A stretch of DNA of 64,000 bases. Source: an uncultured virus (IMG/VR IMGVR_UViG_3300021599_002865). Taxonomy: Duplodnaviria; Heunggongvirae; Uroviricota; Caudoviricetes. The stretch lies in IMG/VR virus record IMGVR_UViG_3300021599_002865; one strand, given 5' to 3'. Positions within the stretch are counted from its first letter, which is position 1; every line of letters begins with the position of its first letter. Of this stretch, positions 1 through 7,816 are shown piece by piece. Made by a program: the position numbers and the translations under genes. The notes below the pieces were generated by a model. That model was not told where the DNA came from, ran no database searches, and saw only the letters and a list, made by a program, of their open reading frames with translations.

Positions 1-51
1 TTGGTAGTTACGAACTTTGTCTTGAACTGAAACTTGGGTTGTGGTAGTCAT
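1..51 (-). CDS. 5' fragment of a hypothetical protein (MTTTTQVSVQDKVRNYQ...), runs off the window
   Basis: ATG at 51, open to the window edge; host-type promoter at 73-103 directly upstream. Confidence 0.6.
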   Translation of the reverse strand, partial: MTTTTQVSVQDKVRNYQ

Positions 52-72
52 GGTGGATGTGTTTTGTGAATA

Positions 73-103
73 CAAAGATAATCATTTCACACAATTCACC
101 AAA
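73..103 (-). promoter_or_regulatory. Bacteroidota-type primary sigma promoter
   Basis: TTTG (100-103), 19-nt spacer, TATCTTTG (73-80). Confidence 0.75.
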
Positions 104-104
104 A

Positions 105-1016
105 TTATTTTTTTAAAAAACCAAGTTCATATACTAATGGTCTCATTCTATCTTCCAAGTTCTTATATAACTGACGAAACTCTTTGAACTCTTCTTGGAA
201 ATATTCTTTCCACACAAGTTTAAGTTGAGCATACCCTGCATCCCAAGAGTTGAGATGATTTTCATCGTTTGCCATAACTTGACGAAGTTCCATAGACCTT
301 TCAACAAGTTCTGTTGCTTTATCTAATACTGCTTTTGCATCAGGAGAAAGTTTGTCGTAGATTCTTTCTTCACCAAATAGAATTTTGTGAACATAACGGT
401 CTGAAGATGTCCTTGCGTCGTTGTAAAGTTCATCATATCCGTTTTGGTCCGCAAGTTCTTTCATCTTGTCTAAGGACATCCAAAAGAATTCGTTTTTTAT
501 ATCCCATAATTGGTCTTTGTATTCAACTTGACGAAGAGAAGATTGATTTGATTTAGACTCGAATAAAGAATAAACAACAGAATCATACTTGAATTGATTG
601 AACAATTCATGTTGTTCATTTGGAGCGAGATATTCGTCCTTTTCGTTTTTCCAATCTGCAGTAATCATTCTTCGAACTGAAAATAATAATAAAGACTCTA
701 TAAAATTTTTTTGAGTAACTGAAAATCCATGACCAACACTACAGGTGCTTGTAAACAAAGCGACATCTTCCATGCTCTTTCCTACATTGTTGGCGGTAGA
801 AAGTAAATAACCAAAACTATTAGGTAATAGTGAACCATACCCTTTTTGTTTCACTTTCAGAGATGAAGAAAGTTGAGGAGCATCTTTCGCCCCTTTTATT
901 TGACCTTTCGCATAATCTTTTAGTGACTTGAGTTGGTCTGTATTATAAACAAATTTGGTTGATTTATTTTCTATTTGAAAATCTTTATTTAATTCAAGTA
1001 AATCGTATGTAAACAT
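105..1016 (-). CDS. C-terminal (target-recognition-like) part of a split Type IIG-like restriction-modification enzyme
   Basis: Begins MFTYDLL right after the MTase ORF; its frame stays open across the upstream stop; no catalytic MTase motifs of its own. Confidence 0.55.
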   Translation of the reverse strand: MFTYDLLELNKDFQIENKSTKFVYNTDQLKSLKDYAKGQIKGAKDAPQLSSSLKVKQKGYGSLLPNSFGYLLSTANNVGKSMEDVALFTSTCSVGHGFSVTQKNFIESLLLFSVRRMITADWKNEKDEYLAPNEQHELFNQFKYDSVVYSLFESKSNQSSLRQVEYKDQLWDIKNEFFWMSLDKMKELADQNGYDELYNDARTSSDRYVHKILFGEERIYDKLSPDAKAVLDKATELVERSMELRQVMANDENHLNSWDAGYAQLKLVWKEYFQEEFKEFRQLYKNLEDRMRPLVYELGFLKK

Positions 1017-1041
1017 TTTGTTTTTTTTGTAAAGATAGGAC

Positions 1042-2526
1042 TTATTTTTTATTTGAGAAAATTGAAAATGAAAGTGCCCAAGAAGACACATCCGCGAAGT
1101 TGGATGAATCCATTATGTAACCTCCTGAAAATGAATATTCACCAAAAAAAAGTTTTCTAAATGTTTCGGAAGATGGTCCTGAAATCCATGTTAATGGAGA
1201 GAATATTGCAATATTCGTTTTGAACTCTTTTTGAATTCTATATATGAATTGAAGGTAGAGTTGTTGAGCCGAATTTCCCATTTTTTCTTTAACCATGATT
1301 TCATTTATCTTAGTTTTACTTGCACCCGCCCTATCATGTCCCTCTTCTTTATAAGATGTTTTTTTCGAACCCGTGGTGTAGGGTGGATTCATCAATACAA
1401 TAATCTCCTTACCTCCCTCAATCGCATTTCTCAAACCAATAGGGAGTTTCTCATAATCATCATTCAAGAAGTCATATTGAAACTTAACCGCTTCAGGGTT
1501 ATATCCCATTTGATTTGCAGTATCAATATCTGCCTGAATTAAAGTTGAACAATAAAGTTCTTTGAACTTATAATCACGGGTAAGATTCCCCGTCCCCCAA
1601 GCAGGGTCCCAAACAATATATTTTTCTTTCCAATCTTCACCGAACACTGATGTGATATATTCGTGGGCTTTGTCTACCCAAATTGAAGGTGTGAAGAACT
1701 CACCTTGTTTACGACGAACAGTATCTTCAACAATGCGGTCAACAACAGCGGCTAACTTATGTTTCTGAGATGGCGTATAAGAAGACGAAAAGTGTCCGAA
1801 GAATGATTCGAAGGCTTCACGAGATACTACAGGAACCTCACCTAACGCCTTTGAAACAACTGTCTTTCTTTTCTTGACAGGGTGAAGATAGTTGTCGTCC
1901 TTGTTCACCAAAATTTGAACAAATAGATTCGCTCTTTCATTGGTAGTGAACTTATTTTTTACAAGAACTTTTTCATCAAAATAACGGAATACCTCTGTAA
2001 TGTTTTTGTCCGTAACGAGAACTTTTCTTTGAACATTATCAGTGAGGTCTTTAACCTTTTGAATACACTCAGGAAAATGATGAGAATCATAGACGAATGG
2101 TTTGATTGATTCGTCCTTCATCATGGTTAATACTAAATCAGTAATTGAATGAGCAGATGAGGGTGGAACACTCCAATCCAAATCCATTTCTAAATACTTA
2201 ATGATATCATTGACATGTAATGTTAAGCACTCGTTTCTATCCCCGATGAAAATTGTAGATGGAGGAACAATTCCTTTATCGTAGAAACGCTTTACATAGA
2301 AAACAGATTGAGCAAGAACTTTTACAAGTTCAGATTTGTTTGACAAATTCAAATCATCTTTGAACTCCATAAGAGTTCTGACCTTGTGAGATTTGGAAAC
2401 TCCGAATCCATCGCATCCAAAAGGAGATGTGATTTCCATATCCTTGAATTTCTTTTTGAATTCGTGTCGGTAGGAATTTTCAACATCTTTTTCATTGAGG
2501 GCTATTGCCAAACTTTTGGACATCAT
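1042..2526 (-). CDS. Type IIG-like nuclease/N6-adenine DNA methyltransferase, N-terminal part
   Basis: PD-(D/E)xK-like CDGFG...LMEFK; GEFFTP; motif I WDPAWGTG; motif IV NPPY. Confidence 0.75.
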   Translation of the reverse strand: MMSKSLAIALNEKDVENSYRHEFKKKFKDMEITSPFGCDGFGVSKSHKVRTLMEFKDDLNLSNKSELVKVLAQSVFYVKRFYDKGIVPPSTIFIGDRNECLTLHVNDIIKYLEMDLDWSVPPSSAHSITDLVLTMMKDESIKPFVYDSHHFPECIQKVKDLTDNVQRKVLVTDKNITEVFRYFDEKVLVKNKFTTNERANLFVQILVNKDDNYLHPVKKRKTVVSKALGEVPVVSREAFESFFGHFSSSYTPSQKHKLAAVVDRIVEDTVRRKQGEFFTPSIWVDKAHEYITSVFGEDWKEKYIVWDPAWGTGNLTRDYKFKELYCSTLIQADIDTANQMGYNPEAVKFQYDFLNDDYEKLPIGLRNAIEGGKEIIVLMNPPYTTGSKKTSYKEEGHDRAGASKTKINEIMVKEKMGNSAQQLYLQFIYRIQKEFKTNIAIFSPLTWISGPSSETFRKLFFGEYSFSGGYIMDSSNFADVSSWALSFSIFSNKK

Positions 2527-2543
2527 ATCTATAAATATTTGTG

Positions 2544-2575
2544 CAAATATAAGACACAAACCCTATTATGCCAAA
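2544..2575 (-). promoter_or_regulatory. Bacteroidota-type promoter, with a TATTTAT motif at 2531-2537
   Basis: TTTG-N20-TATATTTG upstream of ATG 2526. Confidence 0.7.
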
Positions 2576-3831
2576 AGTTTTTTTCCTGCTCTTTCTCTAT
2601 GAAACTTTATTGCAAACCTGTGAACCTCTTCTTGAATAACTCCGAGAACGGACCAATCCATTGGATGTTGTTTACCATCAGTTGTATGAACGGTCTGTGA
2701 CCTGTGTTTTTGGTCTTTCGAAATTGATATCAAATCAATCCTGTTGGTAAGTCCAAGAGACTCAAATACCTTCTTTGCAACGTTTAATTGACCAATTCCC
2801 CCATCAATTAGAACAAGGTCAGGTAGTTGACCCTTTTCATCCAAGAGTCTCTTAAAACGTCTGTAAACCACTTCCTCGAATGACAGACAATCATTACCAT
2901 TGTTTGACTCCTCACGAATGATATACTTACGGTATTCACTCTTGAGAGGTTTGTTATTCACATATCTTACAGAGGCCGCAACATTTGAGTCACCCTGATT
3001 GTGTGAGTTGTCAAACGCCTCGATAATCAAAGGAAGATTTTTAAGACCCAAAACCTTTTTTATACCAAAGGCAATCTTGTTATATTTCCTTACACGGATG
3101 GGTTCGAGTTTCTCTTCAAGTTTTTTGATTTGATTAACCCTGTTGAGGTAGTTGTCCGCCTTTTCGAACTCCAAGTTCTTGGCAAACTCATGCATTTTTC
3201 CTGTGAGAAACACCTTTAACATCTTATAATCAAGTTCGAATATCTTTCGAACAATTAATTGATACTTCAGATATTCAAGGTTCGATTCCAAGGCAATGCA
3301 GGGTGCGTTACAACGACCAATATGATACTCAAGACATGGTTTGAATTTACCTGCCCCGATGTTTTCTTGATTCAAAGTATAGGAACAAGTTCTAAGTGGA
3401 AGGATGTCGTTGATAAGTTCCATAACTTCATACGCCCTTTGACCTGAGGTGAAGTTGATTCCACAGGTGTCCTCACCTTTCCCATGAGTTATTTGAAGTT
3501 TGGAGTATGGTCCACCAGTCAAAGACAAATGCCAAGTTCTTGACTTATCATCTTTACCTTTGATGTTGAACTTGGGTTTGTAAATTTTGATGAGTTCTTC
3601 CTCCATGATGAGAGCCTCAGCCTCAGATGAAGCAATCTGATACTCAACGTCACGTATTTGTTCAACAAGGGTCCTTGTCTTCTTGTCATCGTGTTTCTTA
3701 TTGAAATAAGACGCAACACGTTTGGGAAGGAACTTGGACATCCCCACATATATTACCTGGTCTTTGCCATCTTTGTAGATGTAACAACCAGGGTATTTGG
3801 GAGCTGATTTTATTTTTTCTTTGATGTCCAT
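2566..3831 (-). CDS. uvrC: UvrC-like excinuclease (GIY-YIG, UVR and RNase H-like domains; no C-terminal HhH)
   Basis: PGCYIY...IYVGMSK...RV.SYF; EALIMEEELIK..KPKFN; CLEYHIGRC; LEFEKA; IEAFDNSH; PDLVLIDGG.GQL; EEVHRFA; probable start MDIKEK at 3831. Confidence 0.9.
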   Translation of the reverse strand: MDIKEKIKSAPKYPGCYIYKDGKDQVIYVGMSKFLPKRVASYFNKKHDDKKTRTLVEQIRDVEYQIASSEAEALIMEEELIKIYKPKFNIKGKDDKSRTWHLSLTGGPYSKLQITHGKGEDTCGINFTSGQRAYEVMELINDILPLRTCSYTLNQENIGAGKFKPCLEYHIGRCNAPCIALESNLEYLKYQLIVRKIFELDYKMLKVFLTGKMHEFAKNLEFEKADNYLNRVNQIKKLEEKLEPIRVRKYNKIAFGIKKVLGLKNLPLIIEAFDNSHNQGDSNVAASVRYVNNKPLKSEYRKYIIREESNNGNDCLSFEEVVYRRFKRLLDEKGQLPDLVLIDGGIGQLNVAKKVFESLGLTNRIDLISISKDQKHRSQTVHTTDGKQHPMDWSVLGVIQEEVHRFAIKFHRERAGKKLLA

Positions 3832-4040
3832 TCTTTTCTGTGTTTGTAAAACCAATAGGAGTGAATGATGATAACGCACGAATTTACAACAATTGTCGGA
3901 CCTGCCGAAATTCCGAATCCATAAACTAACCAAAAAATTGCGCCAACCGTGTTGACCGCTCTAAGACGGAAAACGTCCTCAATTAGGAATGAACCTAAAA
4001 TGAGGACGCTCCCGATATATCCATATATTTCCCACATCAT
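3810..4040 (-). CDS. small membrane protein (YgjV-like)
   Basis: Three hydrophobic segments, GYIGS..IL.SF....LR.VN..G pattern; overlaps its neighbours. Confidence 0.6.
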   Translation of the reverse strand: MMWEIYGYIGSVLILGSFLIEDVFRLRAVNTVGAIFWLVYGFGISAGPTIVVNSCVIIIHSYWFYKHRKEWTSKKK

Positions 4041-4492
4041 TTCGCGAATGCTTTATCTGCCCAAGTCTTTGCTCCAACCAATGTCCACAAGTTCATATCA
4101 CACATGTCAGGGAAACAAGTTCTCATGGTTCCAACGGTGATTACCTTTAAGAAACCAAGGTCGATTGAATACCACTTACCACCTTTTGTAGTGTAAACGT
4201 TCATCCACTGACCGTATTCGTTCTTAACTTGAATGTTGACCAAAGAATTCTTGCCATATCCACGGATTACATCAACAGTTCCTTTGGTGTCGTGGATGTT
4301 GATAAACCCAGCTTTGCATTTGCCTGCGATGCGGAATTCATATTCTTTGTTGATATCTTTCAGGTGGTTTGAAACTGAAACGTCGAGAGATTTACCTTTA
4401 ACGAAAGTTCTGAATGAACCGTAAAAAACGTCAGAAGAATAGGCGTTGTTGGTGTTGATGTTTACTGCGGGAAGGGTAGTGGTTTGTGTCAT
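4037..4492 (-). CDS. hypothetical protein
   Basis: Start MTQTTT at 4492, downstream of promoter 4512-4543. Confidence 0.7.
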   Translation of the reverse strand: MTQTTTLPAVNINTNNAYSSDVFYGSFRTFVKGKSLDVSVSNHLKDINKEYEFRIAGKCKAGFINIHDTKGTVDVIRGYGKNSLVNIQVKNEYGQWMNVYTTKGGKWYSIDLGFLKVITVGTMRTCFPDMCDMNLWTLVGAKTWADKAFAK

Positions 4493-4511
4493 ATTGTTGT
4501 GTTTTGTTACA

Positions 4512-4543
4512 CAAAGATAGGGAACCACAATTTACCAGCCAAA
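4512..4543 (-). promoter_or_regulatory. Bacteroidota-type promoter
   Basis: TTTG-N20-TATCTTTG. Confidence 0.75.
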
Positions 4544-4549
4544 TATATT

Positions 4550-4972
4550 TTAAACTTTATCACAAATGTGTGGTTGGAAACAAGCTTGTCCCCCACCTTC
4601 CACATATCCAATTCTTTCATTTATATTTGTTGAACGAAGGTATGGTGATTCTTGTCCACAGATTACACATCTGTCTTTCTCATCCATCTTTGGGTCTCCT
4701 TGGAGAACACATCCCAAATGGTCATATCCTACAAGATAATCATATTCAACTTCAGAAGTATCTTTACCACAGATTGAACAAGTCCAAGGTCGAATGATTT
4801 TCTTTACACTTCCATCAGGAGCAATTTCCATCATGAAATGTTCATCATCTTGAGGAGGACCCTCAAGGTTTCTTCTTTCTTGCCAGTATTTGTTTCTTGC
4901 AAGACCACCAAGTTCGAAGTCGTTAGGTGTGTTTAGGATTTCTTCTGCTGTTAGTGTTACAGTGATTCCCAT
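4550..4972 (-). CDS. hypothetical protein with two CxxC zinc-finger-like motifs
   Basis: CSICG...HLGC and CVICG...C. Confidence 0.65.
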   Translation of the reverse strand: MGITVTLTAEEILNTPNDFELGGLARNKYWQERRNLEGPPQDDEHFMMEIAPDGSVKKIIRPWTCSICGKDTSEVEYDYLVGYDHLGCVLQGDPKMDEKDRCVICGQESPYLRSTNINERIGYVEGGGQACFQPHICDKV

Positions 4973-5032
4973 ATGATTTGTTTTTTAAAAACTAAAGGAA
5001 AATATTCAAAAGACAAATCTATTTATATTAAT

Positions 5033-5446
5033 ATGGAAAAATTTTCTAAAGAATGGAAATATAGATACAAAGAAACGCTTACGGAAAAGTTCAAGTATCT
5101 TTTCCTAAGTGAAATGCACAAACACTTTGAGTTGATAAACCTCCAAGTGACAGACATTTCATATAATGGTGATGTAATGGAGGGAATGGATGTTGATGTC
5201 GAAATTGATTATCAGGGCGCTTGTGACGGAGACGCACACAGTGTTGGACATATGTTATCAATAATCTCAAACCAAGTGCATGAATTTTTTTTCAAACACC
5301 AAATCGACCCAGTAACCTTTAAGTTTAAAGGAGGTGATGTTGATGGTTTAATTATTAATGACCCTATGATATTAGAATTCCATTACAAATTAGATGAACT
5401 ACATAAAGTTCTTTTATACATAACGATGAACTATGACCAACAGTAA
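5033..5446 (+). CDS. hypothetical protein
   Basis: ATG 5033 lies 6 nt after TATTTAT; overlaps the next gene. Confidence 0.65.
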   Translation: MEKFSKEWKYRYKETLTEKFKYLFLSEMHKHFELINLQVTDISYNGDVMEGMDVDVEIDYQGACDGDAHSVGHMLSIISNQVHEFFFKHQIDPVTFKFKGGDVDGLIINDPMILEFHYKLDELHKVLLYITMNYDQQ

Positions 5447-6290
5447 GATTTATAGATTAGCCAAAAGGATGTTTAGTGACTTTACTAAACCACCTCAGAC
5501 TCCAAATGATGTTTACAACACATTGACGGGAGAAAAAAACTATTGGGATTACTTTAAGTATATGGGTCCTGACAACTTCATTAAATTATGTATTGCCACT
5601 TGGGGTGTTTCACAAAACATACCCCAAGAACAAATAGAAGAATGGTATGATAAAGTCTTTTTTGCAACAGTCTTTTCAACGGAAGACGAAACCTACTACG
5701 ATGAATGTGGTATGTGTGATGGAGGAGGACATGTACGATGTGATAACTGTAATGGAATAGGTGATTTGGAATGTGATGAGTGTGAGGGTGACCTTGAAGT
5801 CACTTGTCATTTTTGTGATGGTGATGGTAAAATAGATGGAGATGACGGACCTGAGGACTGTGATGAGTGCGAAGGTAAAGGACAAAGGGAGTGTGACGAA
5901 TGTAATGGAACAGGTAAGGTTACATGTCACATATGTGGTGGTGATGGGGATGTATATTGTGATGATTGTAATGGTGATGGAAATCTCGAAACCGATGAAA
6001 AACTATTTGACATTCAATTTATAGTTTGTTGGAATAGAAACCTTTACGACTTATTCGAAATCAAAGAGGAAGAATTTGAAGAAGTTATACCAACAGATAG
6101 ATTCTATAATAGTAAATCTATAATTATACTCGGAGAAGTGACACAAGAACACGCTGAACTTTCTGATGAAGTAACCCCAGACCAAATATATTGTTTGGGA
6201 CTTTATAATCAACTTCCAAATGTTAGATTTGAACCGAGAAAACCTAAATTCTTCACAACACCAAGTTGGGACATAAGCCATCTCCAATAA
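5433..6290 (+). CDS. protein with eight DnaJ-type CxxCxGxG zinc-finger repeats and no J domain
   Basis: CGMCDGGG, CDNCNGIG, CDECEGDL, CHFCDGDG, CDECEGKG, CDECNGTG, CHICGGDG, CDDCNGDG. Confidence 0.8.
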   Translation: MTNSKIYRLAKRMFSDFTKPPQTPNDVYNTLTGEKNYWDYFKYMGPDNFIKLCIATWGVSQNIPQEQIEEWYDKVFFATVFSTEDETYYDECGMCDGGGHVRCDNCNGIGDLECDECEGDLEVTCHFCDGDGKIDGDDGPEDCDECEGKGQRECDECNGTGKVTCHICGGDGDVYCDDCNGDGNLETDEKLFDIQFIVCWNRNLYDLFEIKEEEFEEVIPTDRFYNSKSIIILGEVTQEHAELSDEVTPDQIYCLGLYNQLPNVRFEPRKPKFFTTPSWDISHLQ

Positions 6291-6300
6291 TTTATATAGA

Positions 6301-6780
6301 ATGGATGTAAAATATTTTTTAAAGGTATTAGAAAAAGAGGGTTATCCAAATCCTGACATTCAATCTATTGCCAAGATGGTTGGATACAACTTAGATTATT
6401 TTCTCCTTGGTATAAGAGACAGAGTTGGTGAGGAAGGTGTAATCGATTTTTGTGAAAAAGCAATAAATAAATTGCAAGGTGAAGATGGAGTCAGGGTTGA
6501 CTTGGGTGGAGACGAATATTGTTACATAAAAATATTTCCACAATACTACGACGAGAGGGAATCGGAAAATGATGTGATTGCTAAAAGTAGTTGGGGCGAT
6601 TCAAACATATTGAGTTCAGACCCAGAAACAGGTGATGAGAGCTACTTTACAATTCAAGTAGTAATCGACAATACAGACATGGGTGGTTGGAGTGACTTGG
6701 ACGAGTTATTGGACCACATCAAAGAACAAGCCTACAACATAGTATTCCAAAACTGTGGTTTCGGTGTTTGGTGGGAATAA
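6301..6780 (+). CDS. acidic hypothetical protein
   Basis: 159-aa ORF in the same operon as the upstream genes. Confidence 0.7.
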   Translation: MDVKYFLKVLEKEGYPNPDIQSIAKMVGYNLDYFLLGIRDRVGEEGVIDFCEKAINKLQGEDGVRVDLGGDEYCYIKIFPQYYDERESENDVIAKSSWGDSNILSSDPETGDESYFTIQVVIDNTDMGGWSDLDELLDHIKEQAYNIVFQNCGFGVWWE

Positions 6781-6807
6781 AAAAAAAAGGGGAGACCGAA
6801 GTCTCCC
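6779..6807 (-). terminator. intrinsic terminator
   Basis: GGGAGAC-TTCG-GTCTCCC followed by a long T run on the minus strand, between convergent genes. Confidence 0.85.
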
Positions 6808-6849
6808 AATAGGGGCTGAACGGTTTTGCCAGCCACTCCACCACCAAGT

Positions 6850-7149
6850 TTAACGAACTTGGAAACCTTTTGGAAATAATGTGTTGGCTAAAGAGGTAAG
6901 AGCCTCAGAACTTAAATATCCAACAACATCATCGTTAGCTTCAGGTAAGTAATATTTTGTCACGAAATCACCAGTCTCACTGTCCATAATTGCAATTTCG
7001 AAATCATCTTTGAAATCACCATACAACCCTTGAGCACCCCCAACAATTGAGAGTCCAATTTTTCCATCAGTCATATATGTCTGACGTGCACCCTCAACCA
7101 TATTTCTATGGGGTTTGGAGTGTTCTATAATATTTTCAATCGTTATCAT
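6850..7149 (-). CDS. hypothetical protein
   Basis: 99-aa ORF, ATGA overlap with the upstream gene. Confidence 0.7.
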   Translation of the reverse strand: MITIENIIEHSKPHRNMVEGARQTYMTDGKIGLSIVGGAQGLYGDFKDDFEIAIMDSETGDFVTKYYLPEANDDVVGYLSSEALTSLANTLFPKGFQVR

Positions 7150-7430
7150 AATCCTTTGAGTAATTGTCTTAATTTGATTTCTAAAAGTTCTAATGTGTTC
7201 TTATCCTTTGCGGTTTTATTTGGTTTTTTCCTTAACGAATCTATGAGTTCCTGTATAAAATCAGATTCACTTTTCTCTTGAACCACTTCGGCGTCCTGTA
7301 TGTCACCCATAGGTTCATCTGCAGGTGTGTAAGGTAAGGAGCTTTTTTGCCCTTTTTTCTCACCCAATTTATAGGCACCATAAACCAAGGCACCAACTGC
7401 TACTATTTTTACTAAATCACTGAATTTCAT
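7146..7430 (-). CDS. hypothetical protein with an N-terminal membrane anchor
   Basis: IVAVGALVYGAY; ATGA overlaps. Confidence 0.7.
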   Translation of the reverse strand: MKFSDLVKIVAVGALVYGAYKLGEKKGQKSSLPYTPADEPMGDIQDAEVVQEKSESDFIQELIDSLRKKPNKTAKDKNTLELLEIKLRQLLKGL

Positions 7431-7708
7431 TTTGTTACCTCCGCTTCGATTTTAGATTTATTAATAAGATGGTCAGTTAAAGAATAGAAATCAAGTTTAG
7501 TCATAACAATTGAATTAACCAAATGTTTGTGTGGGATATGAACCAAGAAATCCACACCATTGAAGAAGGTTAAATCAGTTTTCATCTCAATTGAACTTTG
7601 AACCATTTTAAGAAAAAGTTTGAACTGAATTTGATTAACAAAAGTTTCATCCAAAAGGGTTCCGAAAGTTTCATGTAGAATTTTGATGTTGAGACCTGAC
7701 ATGTTCAT
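7427..7708 (-). CDS. hypothetical protein
   Basis: First gene after promoter 7724-7754. Confidence 0.7.
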   Translation of the reverse strand: MNMSGLNIKILHETFGTLLDETFVNQIQFKLFLKMVQSSIEMKTDLTFFNGVDFLVHIPHKHLVNSIVMTKLDFYSLTDHLINKSKIEAEVTK

Positions 7709-7723
7709 ATTCTTTAATTTCTA

Positions 7724-7754
7724 CAAAGATAAACTTTTAAATTCAATTACCAAA
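7724..7754 (-). promoter_or_regulatory. Bacteroidota-type promoter
   Basis: TTTG-N19-TATCTTTG. Confidence 0.7.
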
Positions 7755-7816
7755 AAAAATTACATTTTGGCTCCGTTTTTCAATCCTGAATGAAACTTGT
7801 TTGTATTTATCTAAGT

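Noticed and set aside
2566..3831. GIY-YIG homing endonuclease or mobile element
   Set aside because: Has the UVR and RNase H-like domains of UvrC and does not interrupt a gene
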